A DNA stretch of 63,218 bases, the filler included, from a bacterium (lineage in GTDB: Bacteria > JBDRGX01): assembly GCA_043817485.1 (NCBI GenBank). It is 6 parts of 6 records of this genome, joined end to end, with 100 filler letters (N's around TTAATTAATTAA, not from the genome) between each part and the next. Parts side by side here need not be neighbours in the genome. Positions count along the whole stretch, not along the records: positions 1 to 29,386 come from JBDRGX010000037.1; positions 29,487 to 41,580 come from JBDRGX010000040.1; 4 more parts are not named here. One strand, given 5' to 3'. A program made the translations under genes and the position numbers. How positions within the stretch are numbered: position 1 is the stretch's first letter; every line of letters begins with the position of its first letter. The notes under the pieces were generated by a model, which did no database searches, had not been told where the DNA came from, and saw only the letters and a list, made by a program, of their open reading frames with translations. Of this stretch, positions 20,812 through 31,232 are shown piece by piece.

Positions 20812-20959
20812 AAAATTATTGGTAAAAATACTAAATAAATTGAAAATTTATTTAGTATTTCGGTTATTTGGATTTGTTTCGGATTTCGATATTCGAATTT
20901 CGAATTTTCTTTCATGTTACTATCCTTTAAATTGCAATTTAACATAGGAGGACAATTTT

Positions 20960-22087
20960 TTGAAAATAGCAATTGTTACCCCTTATTATTATCCTCATTT
21001 AGGAGGAGTAACAGAACATGTTTATGCTTTATATAAACACTTTAAAAATAATGGTTTAGATGTAAAAATTATTACTTCCTCTTTTTCTTCAAAAGATACT
21101 AGTCCTAATGAAAATGATGTAATTAGAATTGGTAAAGCAATAAGTATTTATGTTAATGGATCTTTTGGAAAAATAACTCTTCCATTTTTTATAGTTAAAA
21201 AAATAAAATCAGTATTAGAAAAAGAACAATTTGATATTATTCATTTTCATGAACCATTAGTTCCAACTTTACCATTAACTGTATTAAAATATTCAAAATC
21301 TTGTAATATTGGTACTTTTCATGCTTATTCAAAAAAAAATATAGCTTATAAAATTTTTCAATCAAAAATGCAAAAATATTATGATAAATTAGATGGAAAA
21401 ATTATGGTTTCTCAAGCAGCTGGAAATTTTACCAGTAAATATTTTAAAGAAAATTATCAAATTATTCCCAATGGTATTGATACTTGTAATTTTAATGCAG
21501 AAATTTCTCAAATAAAAGAATTTAAAGATAATAAATTAAATATTCTTTTTGTAGGAAGATTTGACCCTCGCAAAGGACTTAGATATTTATTACAAGCTTT
21601 TAATATTGTAAAAAAAAGTTTTCCTAATGTAAGATTGCTCATTGTAGGAAAAGGTTCATTTCAAAAATTTTACAAAAATTTTATTGATGAAAAAGTAAAA
21701 AATGATATTCATTTTGTAGGATTTCAATATGAAAATCTTGCTCAATATTATTCTACTTGTGATATTTTTTGTTCTCCAGCTACTGGAAGAGAAAGTTTTG
21801 GTATTATATTATTAGAAGCAATGGCATCTTCTAAACCAATAGTTGCTTCTAATATTCCTGGATATAATGAAGTAGTTTCAGATAAAGAAGGATTACTTGT
21901 ACCCCCAAAAAATCCAAAATTATTAGCAGAATCTCTTATTAAATTACTTCAAGATAAAGACTTACGAATAAAAATGGGAAATGCTGGTAGAGAAAAATCT
22001 TTAAAATATTCTTGGGAAAATATATCTAATCAAGTTTTAAAATATTATCAAAAAATATTACAACAAAAAAAAGATATTCCATTATAA
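20960..22087 (+). CDS. GT4 glycosyltransferase (PimA-like)
   Basis: GGVTEHV, HFHEP, FVGRFDPRKG, ESFGIILLEAMA. Confidence 0.88.
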   Translation: MKIAIVTPYYYPHLGGVTEHVYALYKHFKNNGLDVKIITSSFSSKDTSPNENDVIRIGKAISIYVNGSFGKITLPFFIVKKIKSVLEKEQFDIIHFHEPLVPTLPLTVLKYSKSCNIGTFHAYSKKNIAYKIFQSKMQKYYDKLDGKIMVSQAAGNFTSKYFKENYQIIPNGIDTCNFNAEISQIKEFKDNKLNILFVGRFDPRKGLRYLLQAFNIVKKSFPNVRLLIVGKGSFQKFYKNFIDEKVKNDIHFVGFQYENLAQYYSTCDIFCSPATGRESFGIILLEAMASSKPIVASNIPGYNEVVSDKEGLLVPPKNPKLLAESLIKLLQDKDLRIKMGNAGREKSLKYSWENISNQVLKYYQKILQQKKDIPL

Positions 22088-22174
22088 AGGTTTTTATTAT
22101 TTTACTACCAATTTATTTCCACAGCAAACTGTAACAAAACTTTTTTAAAATAATTAATAAAAAATGGAGGTTTT

Positions 22175-22849
22175 TTGAAAAAAGGTATTTTTATTACTTT
22201 TGAAGGTAGTGAAGGTAGTGGCAAAACACTTCAATCTAATTTATTAGTTGATCATCTGAAAAAAATGGGCTATTCTACAATTTATACAAGAGAACCAGGT
22301 GGAACTATAATATCTGAAAAAATTAGAAAAATTTTGCTTAATTCTCAAAATAAAATAGATATAAAAACAGAACTTCTTTTATATTTAAGTAGTAGATCTG
22401 AACTTATTTCAAAAATTATCAACCCATCTCTTTTAAAAAACCAATTTATTATTTGTGATCGTTATACAGATGCTTCATTAGCATATCAAGGTTATGGAAG
22501 AGGATTAGATATAAATTTAATTAAAACGCTTAATGATTTTTCTACTAATAAAATTAAACCCGATATAACTTTTCTTTTAGATATTTCTCCAAAAATAGGT
22601 ATTAAAAGAACATTAGAAAAACATAAAGGCAAATTAGATAGAATTGAACAAGAAAATCTTTCTTTTCATCAAAAAGTTAGAAAAGGATATTTAAGTATAG
22701 CAAAACAAGAACCTAAAAGAATTAAAATAATTAAACAAGATACCATAGATAATATGCAAAAAAAAAATTATAAAACAAGTATTGGATTTGATTACCTCAA
22801 CACTAGAGCACCAGACACCAGAACACCAGAAGCAGGTTCATTAGAATAA
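22175..22849 (+). CDS. tmk: thymidylate kinase (probable +1 indel in a 3' A10 tract)
   Basis: FITFEGSEGSGKT, TREPGGT, CDRYTDASLAYQGYGRG. Confidence 0.93.
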   Translation: MKKGIFITFEGSEGSGKTLQSNLLVDHLKKMGYSTIYTREPGGTIISEKIRKILLNSQNKIDIKTELLLYLSSRSELISKIINPSLLKNQFIICDRYTDASLAYQGYGRGLDINLIKTLNDFSTNKIKPDITFLLDISPKIGIKRTLEKHKGKLDRIEQENLSFHQKVRKGYLSIAKQEPKRIKIIKQDTIDNMQKKNYKTSIGFDYLNTRAPDTRTPEAGSLE

Positions 22850-23274
22850 ATTAAAGAGGTTAAAGCCTGAATGGCTGACATTATTATAGCAATTATCAAA
22901 TAATTATCATTTAAAAAACCCTGAAAGGGTGACATTATAAAAAATTAAAATCAGATATTGATTATGAAATACAGAGCCAAAAATGTAAAAAATGGATTTT
23001 GTTTTATATATCATGCTATGGCATTTATATCATGTGATAATAGTTTTTTTCTACCGATATATTATCCATAACAGATATTTTTTGTCCGTGATTTTCTAAT
23101 AACGAACAGGAACAAGCCGCTGTCTCTACAATACTATATCGAAATTCAAAACAATAAAAAAAATTTTAATTTCCAATTGAAAATTAAAAATAAATTGCCA
23201 AAAACTAATCAATCTAAAAAAACCTTGATTTTACTTAAGATTACCAAAATTTACAAAAGTCCAGCTCTTTAATT

Positions 23275-24227
23275 TTATTTTCGCTCTTCAGAAGTAAGTA
23301 GACAACCTTTTCTACAAATATCATTACAATATTCTTTGCCACATGGTTCAATATGTATATTAACATTTGCACTTGGTATTTGTTCCTTAATCTTCTTGGT
23401 AATCATAATAGTCAACTGGTGAGATGCCTCAACTGTCATATCGTCTTTTACCATTAAATGAAATTCTATAAAACGTTTCTTTCCTGCTTTTCGTGTACGA
23501 AAATGGTGAAACCCACAAATCTGGGAGCAATACGCCATGATACTGGCATGAATGTGTTTGATTTTCGGTTGTCAGGCTGCCGTCTAATAAATCCTGAATT
23601 GATTGATAGGTCAAAAAAAGTCATAAGCAACTTTAATAATCAATATAGCTACCATAATTGCAACCACTGGATCAATCCAATGAAAATGCATTCCCTTCCA
23701 AAGTAATTCGATTAACCAAATAAATCCTAATCCAGACATTACCCCAACTGAAGTCTAAACATCCATCTGCAAATGACAAGCATCTGCCTGAATTGCCATA
23801 GACTCGGTTTTACGACCAACCTTAAAAAGTAGTTTTGAAACAATAACATTTAGCACAGATGAAAATAACATCACTGCTATGCCAATGTCCAAAAATTCTA
23901 ATGCTTGGGGATTAATCAATCTATTAATGGCTTCATAAATAATCCAGCCAGCAGCAATAAAAATAAGCATAGCTTCTCACAAGCCCAGAAATATTTTCAA
24001 TCTTATCGTGTCCTAACGGATGCTTTTCATCTGCAGGCTTCCCTGATTTTTTTACTGCAAAAAAAACAATCAAACTGACTATTAAATCAATTCCAGAATG
24101 AACAAAATTCAGAAAGAATAGATATGGATTCGCTTAACCAACCAACCAATAATTTTAATATTACCAAAATGCTATTAGAAACTACAGACAGAAGAATAAC
24201 AGTAATCTTTTGTTTTTGTTCAGACAT
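23275..24227 (-). pseudogene. cation diffusion facilitator (FieF-like) with multiple stops and frameshifts
   Basis: fragments HSGID, KPADEKHPLGHDKIENI, ADACHLQMDV*TSVGV, IDPVVA, RTRKAG...IHIEPC spread over several frames. Confidence 0.85.
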
Positions 24228-24303
24228 TTTTTTTAATTTCCAAAAATGATTTAATGATTTCTTGTTTAAAAAATATTATATGTTAAATATCATTCATGAT
24301 TTT

Positions 24304-25518
24304 TTATTTTTCATCTAAAAGCATTATTTCAACCATTTCTCCAAATTTTATTTCTGATATTTCTTCTGGAATAATAATTAAACAATTTGCTTTTATCATA
24401 GAAATTACTACAGATGAGAGTTGAAAAAAAGTAGGCATTACAAAATATTTTCCATTTTCATAAGTTAAAATTGCTCGTTGAAATTCTTGTCTTCCTGATT
24501 TTCTTTTAATATCTTTTTTTAATTCTGCTTTAAAATGAGATCTAAATACATTATTTTTTCCTAACATTTTTAAAATAACTGGTCTTACTAATAATTCAAA
24601 AGCAATCATTGAACTTGTTGGATAACCTGGAAGTCCAAATACAAGCATATCATTTAAACATCCAAAAAATATTGGTTTCCCTGGTTTAATAGATACTTTC
24701 CAAAAAATTTGATGAACTCCTAAATCTTTTATTAAAATATCTTTAACAATATCATAATCTCCTATAGAAACACCACCCGATAAAATTATTATATCTAATT
24801 CTTTAATATTATTAAATTTTTTTAACAAATCTTCTTTGTTGTCTTTAGATATTCCTAATACTAAAGGTTCTGCTCCAGATAATATACAAGCACCAGCAAT
24901 AGAAAAACTATTACTTTCTCTAATTTGTCCTTGTTTTAAATCTTTACCTATTTCTACTAATTCATCCCCTGTAGAAATAATGCCTATTTTAGGTTTTTTA
25001 CTTACAGAAACAAGCGATTTATTTAAACTAGCTAAAATTGAAAGTTCTTGAGATCTAATAATATTTCCTTTTTCTAAAACTAATTCCCCTTTTTTTAAAT
25101 CTTCTCCTTTAAAAAAAATATTTTCTCCTTTTTTTATACTTTTAAAAACTAAAATTTTATCCTCTTTTATTTCAGTATCTTCTATCATAACTACAGCATC
25201 TGCTCCATTAGGCATCATTGCACCCGTCATAATTTTAATAGCTTTTCCAAAAGTAATTATTTGTTTTGCAATATAACCAGCTGGAAGTCTTTCAATTAAA
25301 TCTAATTTGATTGGATTATCTTTATTTGCATTTTTTAAATCTTCTGATTTTACAGCATAACCATCCATTGCTGAACGATTAAAATTAGGAATATCTATAT
25401 CTGCATAAATATCTTTTTTTAATACTCGCAATAAAGATGAAAATAAATCTACATTTTCTTCATTTGTTTCTTTTGTATATTTTAAAGATAATTCTTGAGC
25501 TTGTTTAAGAGAAATCAT
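24304..25518 (-). CDS. moeA: molybdopterin molybdotransferase MoeA
   Basis: SAMDGYAV, IMTGA, STGDEL, SGGVSIGDYD, KPGKP, GLPGYP. Confidence 0.93.
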   Translation of the reverse strand: MISLKQAQELSLKYTKETNEENVDLFSSLLRVLKKDIYADIDIPNFNRSAMDGYAVKSEDLKNANKDNPIKLDLIERLPAGYIAKQIITFGKAIKIMTGAMMPNGADAVVMIEDTEIKEDKILVFKSIKKGENIFFKGEDLKKGELVLEKGNIIRSQELSILASLNKSLVSVSKKPKIGIISTGDELVEIGKDLKQGQIRESNSFSIAGACILSGAEPLVLGISKDNKEDLLKKFNNIKELDIIILSGGVSIGDYDIVKDILIKDLGVHQIFWKVSIKPGKPIFFGCLNDMLVFGLPGYPTSSMIAFELLVRPVILKMLGKNNVFRSHFKAELKKDIKRKSGRQEFQRAILTYENGKYFVMPTFFQLSSVVISMIKANCLIIIPEEISEIKFGEMVEIMLLDEK

Positions 25519-25852
25519 TATAAATCTCCTTGTTTTTTACTTATATATAACGACTTAAGTTAATTGGCATAAAAACTTAACTTTATCCATAAATACATCT
25601 GTTTGCATAAATTTTAATCTCTGTATCCCATGTACACCTTTTCTTTTACATTTTGTTATATATACCTTCTACAACAATGTCACCCCTTCGGGGGGTTTAA
25701 TTGGTAATTATTTAATAATTGCTATAATAATATCAGCCCTTCAGGCTTTAATATATATAACGACTTAACTTTATCCATAAATACATCTACTTGCATAATT
25801 TTTTTTGAATTGTTCGTTAACTATTTTTTGCCGTTATATATATTTGAAAAAT

Positions 25853-28087
25853 TTATTTTCCTTCTAAAACAGTTTTAATCATATCTCGAATAGCAGGATT
25901 TTTATCTTTACTTAAATGTTCTAATTCTGTTTTTACTTCTGAATTAAGAAAATTTTTTAAACCATAAATAGCTAAAATTCTAATTGATAAAGAATATGTT
26001 TTTTTCCAAAAAAAATTTCCTCTTTCTTTAATAATAGAAAAAAGAACAGAAATAACTCTTGGATCTTTAATTTTTTCAAAACTATAACAAATTTCTTTTT
26101 GTATATCTACATGTTTTGTAGTAGTTAATAAATGAATCAATTTTTCTATAGATTCTCTACTTTTTAATTCTCCTAAATATTTTATTATTTTTATTTTCAC
26201 TAAATAATCTGAATCGTCAATCTGATCAATTAATAATTTTACAGCGGATGGAGTATTTAATTTAAAAAATATTTTTATAACCTCTTCTCTAAGTTTAGGA
26301 TTTGAAGATTTTAAAATTATTTTTAACTGGTCTATAACGCTATAATCATCAAAATTAACTAAAATATTCATTAAATTTTTAAATTGTTCTATAGCCATAT
26401 CTGGCAATAATTCTTTAATTACAGCTTTTTTAGCATTATCTCCAATATTTTTAAATATAAATTTTATTATTTCTTGCACTCTAATATTTTCATTTTCATT
26501 TTCTTTTACTATTTTAATTAAAAACTCAATCATTACTTCTCCAAGTTTTAATATAACTTGAGAAGATGCATATTGTATTTTATGATCATCAGATTTTAAA
26601 TCAACAAGTAAAATATCTTGTAATTCAAAAGCTATTTTTTCCAATACTTTTCGAGATAATTCATGTCTTTCTACTACCAATTGATTTTCTACTAAATGAT
26701 GTTTTTTAAACAAATCTATTAAAAGAATTAATTTATGAAAATCTCCCATTAATAAATACTGCTTTGCCCGATCTACTAATGTATAAGCTAATTCATGATA
26801 AATTTCAGAATGTTTTTCCATTTTTATTTGTTCAACAAAATAATTCTCAATTATCGCAAGTAATTCTTCTTGGCCTTGTTGAGTAAAAATATAAAAAAAA
26901 TGTCTCAATATTTTTACTGCCTGAAGACAAATTTTATTATTTTGATTATGAAAATTATTTTCTATTTTTTCTATTATTTGTTTTAATAAATTTTTTTCTT
27001 CCATAATACAAATATTTTGAATTAAAAGAGGACTGCGAGATAAAATATTTTCAATTGAAGATAAATTATTTTCTTTAATTAAATTTTTTACTTCTTCTAT
27101 AAAAGAAAATGTTTCAACCTTTGTTTCTTTTTTTTTCAACCATTCAGATTCTTCAAGTAGACCTTTATTAAACATTTCCTCATAAATTAACAATGGACAT
27201 TCTTTAGCTGAAGGAGATTCTACAATTTTTTCAAGAAATTTTTTTAGATAAGTACTTTGTTCATCTATGTTAATAGAATTATCAATTGTTTTTTCTTTTT
27301 TTAATTCTTCATATTTTTCCATTATTTGATTGAATATACTTTCTAATTTTTCTACAGAAATTGTATTTAATATTTCTTTTTTTATTTTTAATTTTTCTAC
27401 TTGAGAAGGTAATGTATGTTCAAAAAATTTTATTAAAATATCAACATCAAAATCTAATATTTTTTCCACACTTTGTTTTATAATCTCTTTTTTTGCAATT
27501 TCATCTGCTATAGAAGAAATTGTTTCAGTATTTTTTTCTAAAGTTTTAATAATAACTTGAATTTCATCTCCTTTTTGCCAAGAAGAAAAAAAATCCTTTT
27601 TTTCTTCTTTTTCATCCTTAGACATTGCTACATAAATAATTTCATTAATTATAATATGAGAAACATTATTTTTTTTAAATACTTCTATAATGCCACCTTC
27701 ATCTTTTAATTTTTCTCCCTTTTTACTTAAACAATCTACAAATACTCTTATTTCGTCTAATGTTAAACCTTTTTTAAAAACAATACTTTTTATTTCTTTG
27801 TCTACCAAAGTAAAAGCAAAATCTATTACTATATTTTTTTCTGATTCTTTAATTTCAATTATTTGACCATTAATTATTAAATTTCCATTAGATTCTGCTA
27901 TTATCAAATCTTCTTTTTCTTGAAAATAAGCAATAAGTGGATTATAAACAAATTTTAATGCATTAGTAATTATTTCACTACCTACTGGATATAATTTCAT
28001 ATCAATGCTGGATAAATGTAAATATTTTATTATATTAATTATAAGTTTAGCTATATCCTTTTTTTCTTTAATTTTATCATCACTCAT
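25853..28087 (-). CDS. HEAT-repeat protein
   Basis: 744-aa helical ORF with C-terminal HEAT-like repeats (LGELKSRESIEKLI, KDKNPAIR). Confidence 0.7.
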   Translation of the reverse strand: MSDDKIKEKKDIAKLIINIIKYLHLSSIDMKLYPVGSEIITNALKFVYNPLIAYFQEKEDLIIAESNGNLIINGQIIEIKESEKNIVIDFAFTLVDKEIKSIVFKKGLTLDEIRVFVDCLSKKGEKLKDEGGIIEVFKKNNVSHIIINEIIYVAMSKDEKEEKKDFFSSWQKGDEIQVIIKTLEKNTETISSIADEIAKKEIIKQSVEKILDFDVDILIKFFEHTLPSQVEKLKIKKEILNTISVEKLESIFNQIMEKYEELKKEKTIDNSINIDEQSTYLKKFLEKIVESPSAKECPLLIYEEMFNKGLLEESEWLKKKETKVETFSFIEEVKNLIKENNLSSIENILSRSPLLIQNICIMEEKNLLKQIIEKIENNFHNQNNKICLQAVKILRHFFYIFTQQGQEELLAIIENYFVEQIKMEKHSEIYHELAYTLVDRAKQYLLMGDFHKLILLIDLFKKHHLVENQLVVERHELSRKVLEKIAFELQDILLVDLKSDDHKIQYASSQVILKLGEVMIEFLIKIVKENENENIRVQEIIKFIFKNIGDNAKKAVIKELLPDMAIEQFKNLMNILVNFDDYSVIDQLKIILKSSNPKLREEVIKIFFKLNTPSAVKLLIDQIDDSDYLVKIKIIKYLGELKSRESIEKLIHLLTTTKHVDIQKEICYSFEKIKDPRVISVLFSIIKERGNFFWKKTYSLSIRILAIYGLKNFLNSEVKTELEHLSKDKNPAIRDMIKTVLEGK

Positions 28088-28485
28088 AAATTCTCCTTTT
28101 CATCTGTCAACAGATATTGAAATTCGAAACAAATATAAATAAGAAAATTCGAAATCCGAAACAAATTCGAATGACAAAAATACAAATGTTCAAAACAATA
28201 AAAAAAATTAAATTTTCCATTTTCAATTGTTATTTATCGTCATTACCTCCAGTTAAATGCAATACTTTCATTAATACCATTTAAAATTTCTAATGTCCCC
28301 CGCTGGCGGGGGTAGGGGGTGGAATCCTCTTCTTCACCTCTTAATAGTAAAACTAAATCCAAATTAAATTTTCCATTTTCAATTTTCAATTTAAAACAAA
28401 TATCAAAATACAAAACAAATTAGAATATTTAATTTGGTAATTTGCAACATTTTATTTTTGATTGCAACTTGATATAAAAACATAT

Positions 28486-29385
28486 TTATATTTTATCATA
28501 TGCTTTTTTAATAATTCCTAAAAGCCAATCAAAATCATTTTCATTATTTATTATACATCCTGTATTGCCCATTCCATGACCGATATTACTTACATCTCTT
28601 GTTTTTAATTTTTCTTGTTCTGATAATTCTGAATAATCAATATTTATCCATAATTTTAAACCAAATTTTTGACCATGAACTTTAAAAAAAATCTTATTTT
28701 TATCAATCATCCCAATATAAAAACTAGTAGGATTTTCAGTAAATTTAATATTATTTTTGTTTAAATATTTTTTAAGTTTTTTATATAACTCATAACTATC
28801 AATCCATTTGCCATTTTTAAATTGATTTTCAATTGTATAGATATTCTTTTTATCTGATTTATTAAATTTATTTGAATCATCTTTTTCATTGTTTTCATCA
28901 AAAGAATCAAGATTGATTGTCAAATTAAAATTTTTCAAAGCTTCTTTTATTTCATCATTTCCAAATTTATGTCCTAATATTTTTCTTATTTCGTCATTTA
29001 TTTCATCAATAATTTTTTCACAAGGTTTCTTGAAAATATTTTCTATAGCAGTTTTAATGTTTGTAAAAATATACAATCTTTTTGCATAATTATGTAATTG
29101 ATTATTATTAAAAGCCTTTTTTGTTAACATCATTATAATTTCATCATCTATATCTTCCAATATAGAAAATTCCTGTAAAAGTTTATCTTTTCCACTTCCT
29201 TTTAAACTAATATAATAAATTTTATAAATTATCCCATTTGTAATTATTAAAAACGGAACATTCGCATTATTACAATAATTTAGTTTTTCAGTTATCATTT
29301 TTGAATCATTAAGTGAATTATTAATTGATTTTGCTTCTAAAAAAAATTTAATACTATTATTGAAATAAAAACCATAATCTGGTTT
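28486..29385 (-). CDS. HsdR-N-like PD-(D/E)XK nuclease domain plus DUF5655-like C-terminus; 5' truncated by gap
   Basis: frame open to contig end: KPDYGF...FLEAK...IITNG; C-terminal RDVSNIGHGMGN. Confidence 0.65.
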   Translation of the reverse strand, partial: KPDYGFYFNNSIKFFLEAKSINNSLNDSKMITEKLNYCNNANVPFLIITNGIIYKIYYISLKGSGKDKLLQEFSILEDIDDEIIMMLTKKAFNNNQLHNYAKRLYIFTNIKTAIENIFKKPCEKIIDEINDEIRKILGHKFGNDEIKEALKNFNLTINLDSFDENNEKDDSNKFNKSDKKNIYTIENQFKNGKWIDSYELYKKLKKYLNKNNIKFTENPTSFYIGMIDKNKIFFKVHGQKFGLKLWINIDYSELSEQEKLKTRDVSNIGHGMGNTGCIINNENDFDWLLGIIKKAYDKI

Positions 29386-29386
29386 T

Positions 29387-29486
29387 NNNNNNNNNNNNNN
29401 NNNNNNNNNNNNNNNNNNNNNNNNNNNNNNTTAATTAATTAANNNNNNNNNNNNNNNNNNNNNNNNNNNNNNNNNNNNNNNNNNNN
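29387..29486. other. artificial contig linker (also 41581-41680, 49413-49512, 57480-57579, 59918-60017)
   Basis: identical N-run/TTAATTAATTAA/N-run blocks of 100 bp. Confidence 0.98.
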
Positions 29487-29509
29487 ATATTTTTAAAATG
29501 ATCATCTAT

Positions 29510-29628
29510 GAGACTGTGTCATAACTCTAAATCTAGACATCCATACCACAACATATTGTGGTTTTGTGGAAACCTACCACTTTATGTTGTAAAACAATTG
29601 CCGTGAAATTGAATTATGACACAGTCTC
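29510..29628. mobile_element. 119-bp MITE-like element, copy 1
   Basis: TIR GAGACTGTGTCATAACTC / GAATTATGACACAGTCTC (17/18); near-identical copy at 41703-41820. Confidence 0.8.
29546..29592. promoter_or_regulatory. tandem NrdR-box-like palindromes inside the MITE-like element
   Basis: CCACAACATATTGTGG (29546-29561) and CCACTTTATGTTGTAA (29577-29592), 31 bp start-to-start. Confidence 0.6.
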
Positions 29629-29844
29629 TGCATGAATTGCCCTTTACAACAATACGGACGCAACATTCGCCTTTACCAATGGAACCGTAAATAACAATTG
29701 AAAATGGGAAATTATTGATTTTTGGTAGCATGGACTTGTTTTCCAATCATTTTCAATTTTCAATTGTTATTTTTTTTAGGGTACTATTCCTTTGTTTGCA
29801 ACTTAGTATTAAAATATTTTTCACAATAATAGACAAAAAACAAT

Positions 29845-30624
29845 TTAATTTATTTCTACTAATGTTTTTGTTGGACACTTTTCAATACATTTTTTACAAT
29901 TAGTACATTTATTAGAATCAATTATAGCTAAATTATTTTCGAGTTTAATAGCATCAAATTCACATTGTTTAACACACAAACCACAAGCAATACAAGCATA
30001 TTTACAATTTTTTCGAGATAAAATACCTTTATCATTAGAATTACAGAAAACATAAACTTTTCTTGTATTTAATTCTAAACTAATAACTTTTTTAGGACAA
30101 TTTTTAATACATTTTCCACAACCAGTACATTTATTTCTATTAATTACAGGCAAATGATTGTTTCCTTTTGAAATTGCTCCAAAAGGACAACTTTTAATAC
30201 AAGTACCTAATCCTATACATCCATATATACAGTTTTTTCTTCCTTCAGCAACTAAATTAGCTGCTTTACAATCATCTAATCCATCATAAATAAATTTTTC
30301 TTTTGCTTCTGGAAAACTTCCTCTACATTTTACTATTGCTTTTTTTTCATCTTTTTCTGTTATTTCTATTCCTAAAATTGAAGCAATTTTTAGTTTTGTT
30401 TCTGAACCTCCTGCTGGACAACTTACTTCTTCTTTAGCAAGTAAAGCATGAGTAAATCCACTACATCCAGAAAAACCACAAACTCCACAATTAGCACCAG
30501 GTAAAATTTTCATAATTTCTTCTTCTTTAGGATCTACTTCTACTCTTAATTTTTTAAAAGCAAAAGCTAAAATAATTGCTAATATAAATCCCAAAATACC
30601 TAATACAAAAATTGCTTCAATCAA
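29845..30624 (-). CDS. rnfB: Rnf complex subunit B
   Basis: LPGANCGVCGFSGC and multiple CxxCxxCxxxCP motifs. Confidence 0.93.
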   Translation of the reverse strand: MIEAIFVLGILGFILAIILAFAFKKLRVEVDPKEEEIMKILPGANCGVCGFSGCSGFTHALLAKEEVSCPAGGSETKLKIASILGIEITEKDEKKAIVKCRGSFPEAKEKFIYDGLDDCKAANLVAEGRKNCIYGCIGLGTCIKSCPFGAISKGNNHLPVINRNKCTGCGKCIKNCPKKVISLELNTRKVYVFCNSNDKGILSRKNCKYACIACGLCVKQCEFDAIKLENNLAIIDSNKCTNCKKCIEKCPTKTLVEIN

Positions 30625-30653
30625 AATAACACCTCATTTTTTATGATTTAATT

Positions 30654-31232
30654 TTAATGCCATCCAAACATTCCACAAAAACCTAAAAAAGCCAAAGACA
30701 TTAAACCTGCTGCAATAAAAGAAACTGGATATCCTTTAAATGCTTTTGGAATAGGAGCTTTATCCATTTTTTCTCTTAACCCAGCAAATAAAATAATTGA
30801 CAAGGTATAGCCCAATCCTATTGCAAAAGCAAAAACAATGGATTCTAAAAAAGTATAATTTGCTTCCACTTGCATTACTGCTATACCAAAAACTGCACAA
30901 TTAGTAGTAATTAAAGGCAAATAAATACCCATTGCTCGATATAAAGGAGGCATATATTTTCTAATAACCATTTCCACAAATTGAACTAAAGCAGCAATTA
31001 TTAAAATAAAAGCTGCTGTAGATAAATAAGCCAATTTACCTTTTAATACAAAATGCCAAATAGGCCAAGTAGCAGCTGAAGCTAATACCAAAACAAAAAT
31101 AACAGCTACAGACATTCCAATTGATGTTTTTATATTATTTGAAAGACCTAAAAAAGAACATAAAGCTAAAAATCGAATAAGAACAATATTATTAATAATC
31201 ATTGACATAAAAAATATAATTACTAAATTCAT
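30654..31232 (-). CDS. rnfA: Rnf complex subunit A
   Basis: FLALCSFLG, YLPLITTNCAV. Confidence 0.93.
   Translation of the reverse strand: MNLVIIFFMSMIINNIVLIRFLALCSFLGLSNNIKTSIGMSVAVIFVLVLASAATWPIWHFVLKGKLAYLSTAAFILIIAALVQFVEMVIRKYMPPLYRAMGIYLPLITTNCAVFGIAVMQVEANYTFLESIVFAFAIGLGYTLSIILFAGLREKMDKAPIPKAFKGYPVSFIAAGLMSLAFLGFCGMFGWH

Noticed and set aside
7079-23757. Alternative genetic code suggested by in-frame TAA/TAG stops
   Set aside because: The interrupting codons differ, and TAA, TAG and TGA all terminate conserved genes normally in this window
25520-25850. Moco riboswitch upstream of moeA
   Set aside because: The region is explained by repeats; no riboswitch consensus recognised
28294-28323. 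GC-rich CCCCCGCTGGCGGGGGTAGGGGGTGG hairpin
   Set aside because: Single copy in the window; cannot distinguish a REP remnant from a terminator
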